A stretch of 64,000 nt of DNA from assembly GCA_010356995.1 (NCBI GenBank), contig ML996695.1, positions 319,061-383,060 on the forward strand, given 5' to 3'. A program made the translations under genes and the position numbers. Origin of the DNA: Trichodelitschia bisporula. Lineage: Eukaryota. Positions 38,230-49,488 of the stretch are shown here, piece by piece. The notes under the pieces were generated by a model. That model was not told the origin of the DNA, made no database searches, and saw only the letters and a program-made list of their open reading frames with translations. Positions within the stretch are counted from its first letter, which is position 1, and the number at the start of each line of letters is the position of its first letter.

Positions 38230-38730
38230 TACCTATGATCATCGGATAAAACACACTTTCAGAGGAGGCCTCCCACCCTGGGTGGGACGTAGGTGTCTCC
38301 GCTGGTTTAACCCCAATACTCCTGCTCTCAGCTCCAGCACTTATTCCATAAGCCCGCGGTTCCGACCTCTCCCTCAGCATTTTTTTGGTCAGGGCAAGAC
38401 CAGTTCAAAGACACAAATATTATCCCACTCCATTTGCGTTGCTAAGCGTGGCTGATGATATTGTAGCAAGGTTGAATTTTGATTGGGCTTAGCATTACCT
38501 TGGTACAAGGCCGGATGGTGTGAGCATCGCTGCTCCATATCATAAATCTTGGGCCTGTACGCGGGACGGGGAATTGATCTTGAAGTCCATACGATTAATA
38601 AATTTACTAAGCCCAGCGCGATAATGTAGTGTCAGCTGCATTATGGCTCCGAATAATGCTTGCTATATCATTTGCCCCTCCTTGATGCATATACAATTCA
38701 AGGAAAATATCTAAAATGACGATAACAATA

Positions 38731-38901
38731 TCCCTTGTACGGCCCAGGTACCTGCCCAGGCAGAACAGGCAGTTATTGACCAGTCAAAGAGCCAGCATTT
38801 ATTGCACAAACCACAAATTTTGACAGAACTAGACTCTAGCTCTTTAATTGGTTAATGACTGTGAGTTGGACCTGGGCATGTACCTGGGCCAGTACAAGGG
38901 A
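38731..38901. mobile_element. MITE copy D, same family
   Basis: TA|TCCCTTGTACGGCCCAGGTAC ... GTACCTGGGCCAGTACAAGGGA|TA; closest to copy B. Confidence 0.85.
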
Positions 38902-39237
38902 TAGATCCAGGGCTCTGGAGAAGAAAAATAAATATGTTGCAAGCGGCGCTAGTTGACGAAAGCAAAGGCAAACTACGAGCACAAAAGGATGAAAGCTGAA
39001 GGCCAGCAGGAGGCCTTGAAATATTAGGAAAAAAACCACGAGCAGGCCCAAGCATGGCGGAATCTAATTATACGGACATATTGGCAGTCAAATTCTAAGG
39101 TGGTGGAGAGTCCCTTCACTAATTACCTTGATAATGTACTAGCAGGTGGCAGTAAGGACGAAAAGAAATTCCAACGAGTTTGTCGACGGAAATGAAGATC
39201 TGATTGTGTAATCCAGCTATGCGGGTTAATTGAGCTA

Positions 39238-39503
39238 TCCCTGGTACCGCTAGCATTCTCCCTGGCGTCCTTGTAACTGAAGGTTTAATCTGGGGTACGT
39301 CTTATTGCAAAACGGTCTTGGTAAAGAATTATGCGCTCCGAATGGTCTGCTAGTTACAAGAACGACTGCGCGTGCGCCCGCGCTACGTTAAAAGAAAGTG
39401 TGTTTTACCTCAGATACGGTTCCTAAGCAACCACACGCACGGTCTACTACCTGATCAATGGGCAAAGAACGTGCCTTGATTATTTGGGGGTCAGTACAAA
39501 GGA
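39238..39503. mobile_element. Degenerate MITE of a related subfamily
   Basis: TA|TCCCTGGTAC ... GTACAAAGGA ends. The internal hairpin GTCCTTGTAACT...AGTTACAAGAAC resembles 45325-45422. Confidence 0.5.
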
Positions 39504-40781
39504 TGAGAGGTTAAGCCCGGCCCTCATGTTCAAAATGCAGCTGTCTGAAAAGGCCTGAGGAAGATGACCTAGCTTAGTCTAATGTTACTTACGACTATGC
39601 CTTGTGATTGGCCGGAACTGCTAGGTAACGTGGAATGGAGAGCAGAAGCTCTTCCCTTGTAAGCAGGTAGCATGCGGAATGCTCAGCATTGGTACAGTAT
39701 TTCCACATAGGCTAGGATACAAACTGGCCCTCGCCGTCACATTTACATCCACTCTAATTGCAACAAGCAATCAGATCGCGAGGTCTCTCAGCAATGGAAC
39801 GTTAATTACATCACAGTGCCCAAAGTTAAACCTATCCATAAAATCATCATCGTCGAGGCCATGTTCCCCGACGGCGCTGCTACCACCCGAGTATCAGCGG
39901 TAGTATCATAGCCATACAGGTATCTCTCAAGGTAAATTTACAATATCTACTAGGCTTGACATCATGGGAATTCATAGGCCATTTAAGAATGACACGATTT
40001 GTGCCGCATGCAGCATGTACAATCAAAATAGAAGAAGTATTTCAGCCCATGAGTAGATCACGTCATCCTTTGGGTGGTATAGGCGGAAATATATACGGAA
40101 CAGAGAGGAAAATGAGCTACTGGCCGGCGGCAGCTTTCTACAGCTATGTAAAAATACTATAGTATGAGGCTTGAAAAAAATTAGGCTTAGCCCCCAGAGC
40201 ACCGAAAGAATGTGCGGATGGGCCGCTTCCATACTGCAGACTGACAAGTCTAAGATGGCAATGCAATTAATGGGAAGGGTGAGGAAATTCATAACCTGTG
40301 TGTTTAAATTATGCCAACTGGTGAACCTACTCCTAGACAGTTAATTAGGTTTCTTTGTTTTTTTGCGAGCTGCTACGGTTTTCTAAGTTTATTCTGTATA
40401 TGGTTTCTTTTGGCACGGTGTGCCCAGCCCGTCTATCTTTTAGCTTGATGGCACGGTACACAGTCCCCATGCATTCTACACCAGGGGTACATTCTTGGTG
40501 TGCTCTCTCCTTCCTTGAGCAAGTATAACGAGGTTTGTTGGAAATATCAGAACTCATAAGTGCCGTGCCACCATTTTTCTCAAATCCCGCCAAAGACTGA
40601 TGTCAAAATCTGCGCATTCTTAAGGCAATACTGCAGACATATTAGGGCAATTTTCTATCAACCTTTGGTCAGTACATGACGGGTTGAAGTTTAGTACAAA
40701 AAGGATTATTTGAGTAAGGGCGTCAAAGATTAGTAGCTGGGGCTAAGACCTATCCCGTACACTCCACCTGAGGCTAGGTCT

Positions 40782-41228
40782 CAGTGCTTCCAATCAGCCC
40801 GTGGGCTGGCAGCCGGGCGAGTGCCCGCCCGCGCCCGCCTGCCAAGAATGCAGGCTTCCGCGGCGAGCGCTAAGAGAGGGCGGGCGGTGACGTACGCCGC
40901 CCAGCGCCGCCCAATAAGCTAGAGTAGCCTAGCTACATACGGAAAGCGTAGTCCCGGTTTGACATTTCTTGGCGCTCCAAATCTCCCCCAGCGCTAAAAT
41001 AAATATTAGCCTTAGGCAGCAATCCCGCCTGAGGCAGAATTCTCCTAGTACGTAGGGGGTAACACGTTGAAGTGAGGTTTTCTGCTATGCTTGGCATAGG
41101 CGGCGCCCAGCGGCGAATGGGCGCGCCCGGGCGGCTCGTTCTAACCTAAAAGTAGTTAGTGGGTGGTGGGCACTCGCCCTTCACGCCCACGGGCACGCCT
41201 GGGCCGCCCGGGCTGAGTAGAAGCACTG
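40782..41228. mobile_element. hAT-like non-autonomous element (447 bp)
   Basis: TIR CAGTGCTTCCAATCAGCCCG / CGGGCTGAGTAGAAGCACTG, flanked by 8-bp direct repeats CTAGGTCT (40774-40781) and CTAGGCCT (41229-41236). GC-rich CGCCC/GGGCG subterminal motifs. Confidence 0.8.
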
Positions 41229-41713
41229 CTAGGCCTTAGCGGCCTGGCTTCCGCGCCTCATCCAACTTTAACATCAACTTTATGCATCTGATGCACTCAC
41301 CAATGATTGATGGAAAAATGCGATAAAATGTCTGCTGAAGTGCCTATCGATGTACACCTTTTGACCGAAGTATATCCTGGGGGGGGGGGGAAAGGCACAA
41401 AACAGTGAAGTACTGTTGAAGAGTGGAGGAAGCTCCGGAAATTCATGCACGATACAGAGCTGCGGGAATTTCAAGGCGCTAGCATGGCCTATACGCTGCA
41501 ACCAAACCGAAACCATGCCGCCTGTAGAAGGGTCGTATCTTAGGGCAACCATACCACAGTTACATGACCTCGAAATGCCACAACAGCATCGCATCGTAAG
41601 AAAAGAAAAGTCACCAAATCTGAGCGACAAGTGGGACTCTGTTTGGCCAGACAGCTTTTGAAAATACTGGCATCTCACTAGCTGACAGAGGCGGGGGGTG
41701 TATATGACATTTG

Positions 41714-41762
41714 TCCCTTGTACGTCCAAAGTACTGGGCAAGTACATGGGCCGTACAAGGGA
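41714..41762. mobile_element. Minimal (~49 bp) internally deleted MITE, TCCCTTGTAC family
   Basis: TCCCTTGTACG ... TGGGCCGTACAAGGGA|TA. Confidence 0.7.
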
Positions 41763-44218
41763 TAACAGGTTTTGAGCGTGTACGTGAAATGGCAATGGCA
41801 GTGGTGTATATAGTCCGGGGCAGCCGTACTCCTGGAGAAGGGCTGTTCATTTTTTGCATAGCCCTTTGATCCTTCAGTTGAGCTTGTTCAGGCGTATATC
41901 ATGTAAGTGAGGAATTTTGAAAGCTCATCGTCCCATGAGGGCGTAGAGTTATGTCACCGTATTGCCGAGCGCTCAACATTTTGATCTGAGGAATTCCCGC
42001 TCGCTAATTGGTCATCCAAGCGTAAGGTGTCATGGTTCTGGCCATACATGGTGTGATGCCTCAGGCCATGATGTGGTCTGGATGGCAGCACAGTACCGAG
42101 GTGACGTATGGGAACTAGCGCAGTCATGTGACTGGTGCCAAGACCCCACACTGCAGTTATGCTTTTGCACACCCATCCCTGTAGATTACTTCTCCAACTC
42201 TTTATCATCGTCTCGAAGCAATCTATGGTTTTTGCACCGCTCTTCGCTGTCACCGTGACAGTGACAGACCAATTTACCTTATTTGATTGGATGGTAACTC
42301 CATTAAGCACTTTTGGCCTCATTAGGCATGGAATTACATATTCTACTCGAATCCTTTTGTTCTTCTACCTCACCACCACGTCGGACACATAAATGTGGAA
42401 GGCTGTTTTACTATCGCCGGATGCAGCACCTAACAGACATATTAGAGGAGCCAGGATCAACACTTTGTTGAGTTGGGCTGCGGTCTAGTGTGCCTCATAA
42501 GCCTAAAGCACTAAGGAATTTGTCGAAAGATTCGCCACATAAACCAATAACCTGAGATATACGCAGCGCGGTTTGAAGCTCAATTTTTAAAAGGTCGATC
42601 AGGCCTTACTACGGTCGGGAGAAACGCTGTAAAGGTTAATATCACTTTGAACCGCGAGGTACTCATTTGAAGTGCCAATAAGATAAAGAAGGCGCTAAAT
42701 TGTTCGATTTGATCAGATAATTCTTAAATCTGAGCTTTATCTTTCTTGATTACGTCGCATGGTGTATGGCTGATAATGCTGTAGTAGTGTCGGGGTTTAA
42801 TTGGGGCATGGTGAAATGGCCGTAGTGGACCGGGGGTTAGGGCCGTGGATAGAATAGACCACTGTTCTTGCCGCCGTATGGGAGGAAATACTAAGCCCTT
42901 GTCTAATCAGAAAATGCGAATTGCTGCCGTAAACCAGCCATGCAAGGCACGTCCTTCTCAGATAATATATGAGTTATAAAAAAGCAAGTCCCTGCATGTA
43001 AAGAAGTATCTAACGTACCGGACTCGATACATCCGTGCGAAGGATTGTCAGGCAAGAATGAGGTAACAGGAGCTTTGGGATACGCGCCCAGTTCAATTTT
43101 ACTACGTCGTATGAAGCCTCTACTCATTGGCCAAAGCAAAGTGAGATAAGGGCACAGAATGTGCATCCCTAACATCAACGCCAGAATACTTCTAAAAACT
43201 ACATTGAATCGCATTACGCCATTCGGCGATAACTGCAACCATAAACGCCGCGCGACATCTTAAAAGAAAAGCATCTTGCGAGCATTGGATATTCAGCCTA
43301 ATATTGTAGCAGTTCTTTCGTTTTGTAGCTGGAAAGCTATCTGACCGAAAGGAGCCCCAGTTCCTTTTGATTAAAAGCATTGGATATCTTGGGTACTTAG
43401 TCATGCGTCTAACAGCTATTATACCGCTTATAACCTTGTCGTCCTACGATTGTAGGAGAAGATGTGTACCAAATTATTAGATAAATAGGTAAAATTCCTG
43501 GGATTTACAAACTCCCCATAACCGTCCAATAGGTTGATAGGAACCTTAGAAGATATTGTGCCTAGACTTATTGTCACGGTCACTGCAAGTGTGCACAAAG
43601 CCCTGGATGCAGATTGATTATTGTAAATATCAGATGCAGAGGAAAGAGAGGAAGAGGATGGCAAAGCCAAACACAACCACGGTGTAGGGTTTGGGGCTAA
43701 GCGAGGCGCCAGCCCGCCCTAGCCACGCAGCCACAGCCACAGTGGTGGTGCAAGCGACCCTGACGATCATTCGTGGCCTCAGGCATCCTACCGACCATGA
43801 GCCATGACAATCTAGACTAGATGCCTAAGGTACCTATTCCAATTCTACTAAGCTAGCAACCATCTACCTTACCTAAGTCGGGATAACTGCCCTCTGATTG
43901 GCCTGCTAGTCCTAAGAATGCCCGCTATACGAGGACTGATTACGCCCTCGTACTAATAAAACTACTCCCGACGCTGCAGTTGACTAAAATTTATTTCCGT
44001 AAGTTTACTAAGCACCGAGCGCAACAAACGCTCAACTACTCGGTGTATTAATTTCATTGCAGTAAAGTATCGATCGCTTTGAATTACTAGTACCGTACTT
44101 CCCTTTCATAGTTATATTAATAATAGTACACTAAAGTTGATACCCATGCCCCCCCGGATTAGTTGCAGAAGCTATCAATTAGGAAGAAGTGTAAATATAC
44201 GGAACTACTTTTGATTTT

Positions 44219-44897
44219 GGGTACTTATAAATCTATAGCCTAAACCGTTACGTCTACAGCCCCGCGGCAAGCTAACCCTGAAAGGGTATAGTTTATCAGC
44301 TAGGACTCATTAGCCCTGTACCTTAAAAATCTAACCTATGCCAAGAGCTTACCTAAACCTTACCGTAAACCTTCAAAATCGCGATGCACCTATGCCACGA
44401 AATGATATAAAAGATGAAACTGGGCTTATTTAATCTTCTTAACCCGCTGAGTATCTTAGCGTGCCTTCCGTTGCTATAGCGTTGCTATGAAAGAAGTTAT
44501 CGCGATGTCAAGCTTTTGTGGCTTAATGTGGCTTAATGTGGCTCGGGCGCACCGGCGCTAAAACCCCACCAGAAACCCACAAAACTTCAACTTACGATAA
44601 CTTTTATAGCAACGCTATTGCGACGAAGGCACGCCAAAATACTCGCCACGTTAAGGCAATCAAAATGAGTCCAATCGCAGCTTTATACCATTTTGTTATA
44701 TGAGTGCATCACGATTTACAGGTTTGCGGCTAGTGTTTGATGTAATCTTAGTGTCTTATACGTAAGCAAACATAAGTCACGGTGGTGTTAGTAGTGGATT
44801 GTGTAAGCGCAGGGGCCAGCAGACTTTACCCTTTTAGGACTAGGTTTCTAGAAGGCTGTAGATGTAATATTTATGGGCTGTAGATTTATAAGTACCC
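44219..44897. mobile_element. Mutator-like (MULE) non-autonomous foldback element (679 bp)
   Basis: TIR GGGTACTTATAAATCTA(T/C)AGCC at both ends, with a perfect 9-bp direct repeat TTTGATTTT at 44210-44218 and 44898-44906. The arms pair imperfectly almost to the centre (~44550). Confidence 0.88.
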
Positions 44898-45324
44898 TTT
44901 GATTTTGCCCTCCCCTCACTTGTTGCCAATGAGAAGCAATAGTTTTGAGACACATCTTGCACCGTTCTACAATTGCTCTTGTCAATGATAAAAATCCTTG
45001 AAGGTAAATTCACGTAAATAGAACCCTCAGTGGTTTGGCTTGTTACGGAAATCCAGATGAAATAGGTCATCCCCATATATTTATGTTGCATCTATGCGTG
45101 GCGAGTTGAGGATTGAACCTGAAGATTATAACCAGGCTCTGACTTCCACCAAAGGGGGGGTGTAGGTACAAGTTGAATTACGTCAATTTGGCATGCTCGT
45201 TATTCTTCCGCGAATGCTCTATGCCCACGGAATATTATTGACTTGACATTTATGAAAGCAAGGGGTACATTGAGCTGATATTCCGGGCGTCTTCGCTGGC
45301 GTCCTTATTTGCCTACTCGCCGAC

Positions 45325-45441
45325 GTCCTCGTAACTGGCGGATCAATCTGGAAGTAAGGTTTCTTTACGGAACAGTCCTATAAAAAGGATTCTGCCCTCG
45401 GATTGGTTCGCCAGTTACGAGGTCGCCTGCAGTACAAGGGA
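45325..45441. mobile_element. Partial MITE with TCCCTTGTAC-family right end
   Basis: Hairpin CCTCGTAACTGGCG...CGCCAGTTACGAGG followed by CAGTACAAGGGA|TA. Confidence 0.6.
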
Positions 45442-45844
45442 TAGATTGATGTGGGTTGTGACATCGGCCAGGAGGTACGCCATAAGGTTGTCAAAGAACG
45501 TCCGTGAAGTAACAACTCCTTCCGTGCGGGAACCGCAATATGAGATGCACCAAATGATCCGTCCTGGTGAGGTGAATTCTAATGACCTAAAAATAATCCT
45601 AATTCACTTTCATGGCATGAGTACATCGTGTCTGGAAGGCTTGATGTCGAAAATATGATGAGGTCCTGGGGTTGATCGGGGAGGGCGCGGGGACGCCCCT
45701 ATGCTTTTTAAAACATGCGCCTAATATCTCTGCCAATGAAACATAATGTTACAGAACCGCCAAGTGGGTTTACAGATCTCGAACTCCCCTCACATCACCC
45801 AGCCTAACCCGCACAATTCAGTTTCCGGGAGAGCTTCGCCTTGT

Positions 45845-47125
45845 TTACGAGAATGTAACATTGCCGAGCCATTGGGATAGGATCAGGTTGAACTGATCGG
45901 GTGCCTCCTCGTGCGGCCAGTGGGCTGTGGGAATTGTCTAGGGTGGCATAAGTAGGAAACTAACAATTATGGAAAGCAATGGCTTACAGCAGTTCGGTAG
46001 TTCTTCAAGAACGCACTGGACTTGACTTGATCGGCAAGGCCCTGCCAGTCGGCAACCGGGTCCTTAGTAGGGAACAGGGTGAAGGTGGGTTGGGGCAAGG
46101 ACGAGTTCCCTTGGGCCTTTTCAAAGTCAAAGGTCAGTTTTCGGTTGCCGTACTGGTAGCCATTAAACGCTAGAACTGGTCAGTAGTTGACAAATGAAGT
46201 GCGAGGGGTTAGATTATACTGGTGTAGAAACCCTGTTTCTGATATGAGGCCACCATATAATCCTCAACCTGGCGACTCATGATGCCGGAAAACGGAATTT
46301 CCTTCAGGTTGTTGGTCTTCTCGAATTCCCTCCACGGTCCGAGGAAGGTGTCGTTGCGCTGCAGAAAGTCCTTCGGGGTCGTGCTGTTGCCCATTTGGGC
46401 ACAGGAACGGATGGCGGAGCGGATGTCGGCATTCAGCTCCCTGGCCGCGCCGGTCGGATTGCTGCCCAGGAACACTTGGTAGCTGAAGGAAGGGTTGAGC
46501 TGGGCGAGCGCAGCGTTGGTGGAGAATCCCACGTCAGCCGAGATGTACTGGGTGGGTTAGTGAAACGAGTCAAGTACGGTGGATAGCAACGCACTGGAAT
46601 TCCGACATTGAACACGCCGATGAACCGGTCCGGACGGGAGCGGCCAGCCTCCCAGCAGACCTGAGCACCAAAGTCATTGCCCACACATACGCCAGACTTG
46701 ACGCCAGCCTTATCCATCATGCACGTAATGTCGCCAACAAAGTCGTACATGGCGTTAGACGCGTTGAGGCCCAGCGGGTGCTGACTGTCGCCATAGCCGC
46801 GATGCTCTGGAATGATCAGGCGGTAATTCCTTTTGAAGTACGTGATCTGGTTGCGGTATGTTGTCCAGAGACTTGGCCAACCATGGACAAGCACCAGCGT
46901 CTTCTTGGCCGTAGGGTTGATGTCGAGGTAGGCCAGCTTCAACTTGATGGACTTTGGGCTCGGTCCGTCCCGCTCGACTGCGGCACAATCGGCGAACTTC
47001 TTCGTATACTGGTAAGGGTTGAAGTCGTCAGCCTTCGCAGCGTCCGAAGCATAGGGAGCAGTGGCGGGTGCCGCGAGGACGGTTGTGAAGAGGAGCACAT
47101 CGGTGAGAAAACGAAGGCCGACCAT
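45845..47125 (-). CDS. Alpha/beta hydrolase, epoxide-hydrolase type, with predicted signal peptide
   Basis: HGWP oxyanion motif, RGYGDS, nucleophile elbow GNDFGA, and final exon TIPTAHWPHEEAPDQFN. The N-terminus MVGLRFLTDVLLFTTVLA-AP is hydrophobic. Three introns. Confidence 0.88.
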
Positions 47126-48364
47126 TGTGTCGTGTCAAAGTGAGCAAAGAGAGAATTAGTTGGATGGGCTCAGGTCTTCAAGGCGAGGGCTTGTGGTTGT
47201 TGTGGTCATGCAAAGGTACTGATATAAGAGAAGGAGCAACCTGGTGCCCGGAAGGAACGATGGTGACCGTGACCATGCTCGCCTGTGCGGCAAGGGGCAT
47301 CAGATGCCAAATGTCAAATGTCGGCTTTCGAGAGAATTGGTGCAGATGATAATTTGCGTTGATTCCGCACATCAGGGTTTTCACTCTTCTCCGTAACGAC
47401 TGAAGACGAAATTAATGTTCAGTTCCATCACTACGTGTACGTCTAGATATCTTACCAAGGGTGAAGTTATGTTGTAGACTGTCGCGTTTTCGTCCCATTT
47501 TAGGCAACTTATCGCTTGGGTCCCTGGTCCTTGCCAGTGGAGCCGCGGTACTACTGGGGCGTTAAGTGATTTAACTGTTGTAAAATTGCCGACGGGAGGC
47601 CGTGCTTCAGTTCACAATGAGAGCTGTTGTGTACTGTAGAGTCTAATGGATACTACGGTATGTCGACAGAGCGAAGTTGGATGAAGTCGAGAAAATATCG
47701 ATGAACCATGAACTGCAAATGCTCAATGACGTGCCTATGCCGTTGCCACAATTCAAAGCTAGCAACCTAGAGCCAGTTCTAGAAACCCGTTTGACACCTG
47801 GTGGTGAATTCATGAGGCGCTACGGACCTGATTCCGTCATAGGGGTCACCTCCCGATGGCCAGCAGATAGAGAGGGGCAGATAGAGGGACATGCCTTTGC
47901 TCCAAAACTGACAAAAGATCAAGCGTCGAGAGTCAAGCGTTGAGAGTCAAGAGTCGAGCCTTGAAGTCAAAAGCAGAAGCCAAAGCCTAAGCCTAAACCA
48001 GCGTTCCCGAGGTCTGGCATGCCTGTCGCGACACAGCTTCACGTCGCCATTGGCTGTCAGACTCCATATTGACCCGCGGGATGCAAACACCATAGCAAAT
48101 GCTCCCGCTAGAGATTCATGACTTGCACGGCTCAACGCCAGGACCCCAAGGCGTGCCGCAGCCCGAGGGCTTGCAATCCAGGTTCTCGAAACAGGAGGCG
48201 CTGCCTGCTCCAATCAAGTCGAGCTGCACGGTGAGCAAAAGGAATAGAGCTCGCAGTAGCGCGTCTCCAGAACCACCTCGGCTTTCGATCTCGAGATGTA
48301 ATAGTATCAACCTCACGCCTGCCCCGTCCTTCATCGCTTCTCATCTCCGTCGTCAGTAGGCAAA

Positions 48365-49488
48365 ATGGCACCCACACCTACTCTCGCGCTCCCCGACTCG
48401 TACAGCGCCCTGCCGTTCAGTGTCATTAAGGTCTCGCACCATCCCGCCTCGTCACCGTCACCGACGCCCATCCTGATCCTTACGCTCAACCGCCCCAAAG
48501 CGTACAATGCTTTCAACTTCGAGATGCAAAAGGAGGTCGAGCAGTAAGATACCCCCGCCTGGGCCCTTTTTCCGCTGACCTCAAGGGTGATGACGCTTGC
48601 GGACATCGACGACCGCGTTAAGGTCATCGTCGTCACCGGCCAGGGCCGCATGTTCTGCGCTGGCGCCGACCTCGGCGGTGATAAGCCTGCCTTCCAGCGC
48701 AGCGCCAAAATCCGCACGCCGGACCAGCGCGACGGGTAAGTCTGCGCCGATGCGCCAGCTTAGGCTCACCCTCGCAGCGGCGGTCAAATGTCCTACTCTA
48801 TCTTCCGCTGCCGCAAGCCCGTCATCGGCGCCATCCAGGGCTCTGCTGTCGGTATCGGCATCACGAGTGTGCAACCCCCCCATTCGGCCCGACCCTCGCT
48901 AACCCGGCAGTGACCCTCCCGATGACCATCCGTATCACAAGCAAGACGGCCAAAATCGGCTTTGTCTTTGCGCGACGCGGCCTCGTCATGGAAGCCATGT
49001 CGTCGTTCTTCCTGCCACGCCTGATCGGCATGTCCCGCGCGCTGCACCTTGTGTCCACGGGCGCCACTTACTTTGCTAACCACAAGCTGCTTGACGGACT
49101 CTTCTCCGAGGTGCTCGACACGCCGGAGCAGGTGTTGCCACGCGCCATCGAGCTGGCGGAGGAAATTGCTAGTAACTGCAGCAGTGTGAGCGTTATGCTG
49201 ATGAAGGAGATGATGTACCGGAACCCTGGTAGCGCCGAGGGCACGCATTTGCTTGACTCTAAAATTATTTGGGAGCTGTATGGTTCTTCGTGAGTACGCC
49301 CTTTCGCTTGACGCTCAGTTGCTAATCCCACCAGCGACAACACCGAGGGCGTCAAATCGTTCATTGAGAAGCGGCCAGTTAACTTCACGGGTAGCGTAAT
49401 CATGGATGCCCCGGGAACGTATCCGTGGTGGGAGCAGATCGCCGTGGTGCCGCGGACGATGCCGGCACCTGGCAAGCCAAAGTTGTAA
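48365..49488 (+). CDS. Enoyl-CoA hydratase/isomerase (crotonase) family protein
   Basis: Motifs LTLNRPKAYNAF, VIVVTGQGRMFCAGADL, KPVIGAIQGSAVGIG, FARRGLVME and EGVKSFIEKRPVNF. Four introns; C-terminus GKPKL*. Confidence 0.92.

Noticed and set aside
37057..38903. CRISPR- or integron-like reading of the spaced palindromes
   Set aside because: The units are 170-220 bp, divergent and TA-flanked, the spacers are 270-500 bp without ORFs, and there is no cas or integrase gene in this eukaryotic context.
34400..45700. Short ORFs in the island (e.g. 41280-41795, 41954-42322, 42903-43238) and a Starship captain or transposase
   Set aside because: They show no recognisable motifs or coding-like codon bias, and several cross MITEs. 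No tyrosine recombinase or DDE ORF was seen.
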